A stretch of DNA of 45,938 nucleotides from Spirochaetota bacterium (GTDB lineage: Bacteria; Spirochaetota; B62-G9; DRHN01). The translations under genes were made by a program, and so were the position numbers. The number at the start of each line of letters is the position of its first letter. The stretch's first letter is position 1. The notes under the pieces were generated by a model, which was not told the DNA's origin, did not search any database, and worked only from the letters and a program-made list of their open reading frames with translations. This document shows positions 45,298 through 45,938 of this stretch, in pieces. The stretch is taken from assembly GCA_035527995.1 (NCBI GenBank), contig DATKZJ010000063.1, positions 1 to 45,938 of the forward strand, given 5' to 3'.

Positions 45298-45938
45298 ATG
45301 TGGAAAAAGGAAGAGGAGAAGAAAGAGGAGAAAGAGGAAAGTTTGTTGAAGGAGTTGTGCGGAGATGATGCAAAATTATATGATCTTCTCAGTAATTATT
45401 TGTACCTAAATCCGTTAGCGGCCATATCCAAAAAGGATCTCGATATCCTCACCGAGGAGGCGGAAAAAAGCGGGAACTTTAGACCGGCAGTGGATAAGGC
45501 CATTTTCGAGGCCGCTCAAAACACGGGGGAAAGGGAAAGATACATCAAAGTTATCCAAAACCTCGCGTCGAAGACCATACACGCGACGGAGCAAGAAAAA
45601 GAAAAGGTAGAGAAGGAAGGACTCACCGACCAGGCTGCTTCCCTTGGGAGAAGAATTGAAAATTGGAAATTTATGAGCGAAAGAGCCGAAGACATAATAA
45701 ACGTAGCTTCCAAGTTCTACAATGAGAAATTGGTGGAACTGGGAGAAACCGTGAGAAGAGAAGCGAGAGGAGAAGAGAGAAGAGAGGCTGAAAGGGAAGA
45801 AAGGAGAACAGGGGAGCGGGAAAAGGCGGGGCGAGAAGCAAGAAAAAAAGAAAGAAGAGAGATGGGAAGAGAAGAGAAAAGGGAAGCTAAGAAACAAGAT
45901 AAAAGAGAAGAGCTGGCAGCAGAGGAAAGGAAAGAAGC
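45298..45938 (+). CDS. Hypothetical protein with globular N-terminus and E/R/K-rich tail (partial, runs off right edge)
   Basis: Not in the ORF track because it is open-ended. ATG at 45298, 8 nt after AAAGGAGGGAG. I read 213 codons to the window end without a stop: MWKKEEEKKEEKEESLLKELCGDDAKLYDLLSNYLYLNPLAAISKKDLDILTEEAEKSGNFRPAVDKAIFEAAQNTGERERYIKVIQNLASK...REARGEERREAEREERR.... No family recognised. Confidence 0.6.
   Translation, partial: MWKKEEEKKEEKEESLLKELCGDDAKLYDLLSNYLYLNPLAAISKKDLDILTEEAEKSGNFRPAVDKAIFEAAQNTGERERYIKVIQNLASKTIHATEQEKEKVEKEGLTDQAASLGRRIENWKFMSERAEDIINVASKFYNEKLVELGETVRREARGEERREAEREERRTGEREKAGREARKKERREMGREEKREAKKQDKREELAAEERKE

Larger units (their letters stand above)
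42949..45938. mobile_element. Decayed integrative element / genomic islet abutting the tRNA-Met fragment (right boundary beyond window)
   Basis: There is an abrupt shift to AT-rich sequence at the tRNA break point. The region contains an integrase N-terminal remnant, an IS91-type transposase C-terminal remnant, FRG and PHP-like gene fragments, and only short or unrecognised ORFs. Confidence 0.5.

Noticed and set aside
45415-45897. 160-aa minus-strand ORF (S/F/L-rich)
   Set aside because: It is a low-complexity antisense shadow of the purine-rich plus-strand ORF that starts at 45298 with a strong RBS.
45740-45938. Purine-rich GAA/AGA/GAG periodic sequence as a tandem repeat or CRISPR-like array
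   Set aside because: There is no repeat-spacer periodicity. It is in-frame low-complexity coding sequence (E/R/K tail) of the 45298 ORF.

Overview
45.9-kb bacterial chromosomal window, densely coding and about half G+C by eye, except for an AT-rich right end. All family calls come from motif recognition only; no database search was possible.

Gene content, left to right:
- mreB N-terminus (runs off the left edge), a TPR protein, a membrane protein and a hotdog thioesterase.
- An operon pairing a PorV/PorQ-like outer-membrane barrel with a 1093-aa repeat-rich surface protein that ends in a FlgD-Ig/T9SS-like C-terminal domain.
- A PP-loop tRNA-thiolase-like enzyme and a K+-dependent-type membrane pyrophosphatase (hppA).
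- A redox module: Crp/Fnr regulator, FNR-type box, 2x[4Fe-4S] protein and HD phosphohydrolase.
- A MazG-like NTP pyrophosphohydrolase, then two frameshifted pseudogenes (glycosyltransferase and alpha/beta hydrolase).
- Three translation-associated P-loop NTPases (DRG-like GTPase, YchF, TypA/BipA). A 7-kb sugar module separates the first from the other two: GntR-SBP fusion regulator, ABC transporter, deleted URO-D-like gene and mutarotase-like gene.
- An amino-acid permease fused to a PTS EIIA-2 domain, Skp-like and OmpA-like envelope proteins, and a two-component system plus an extra CheY-like receiver.
- A second 7-kb sugar module: Gfo/Idh/MocA oxidoreductase, TIM-barrel isomerase, RbsABC-like transporter and AraC regulator.
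- From about 42.9 kb to the end, a decayed integrative element. It begins at a 3' fragment of an initiator-type tRNA-Met and holds an integrase remnant, PHP-like, FRG and IS91-transposase fragments, tiny ORFs and an unlisted charged-protein ORF.

No CRISPR array, rRNA or intact tRNA was seen.

The most unusual sequence-level signal is a family of conserved palindromic intergenic elements (CCCCCnTTTCTCA...GAAAyGGG...TTTAGCG). They occur at least five times, and copies bracket both sugar modules. Other points worth a second look are a 547-bp hairpin-dense ORF-free spacer at 1693-2239, the barrel/cargo pair, the GntR-SBP and APC-EIIA fusions, and the pseudogene clustering.
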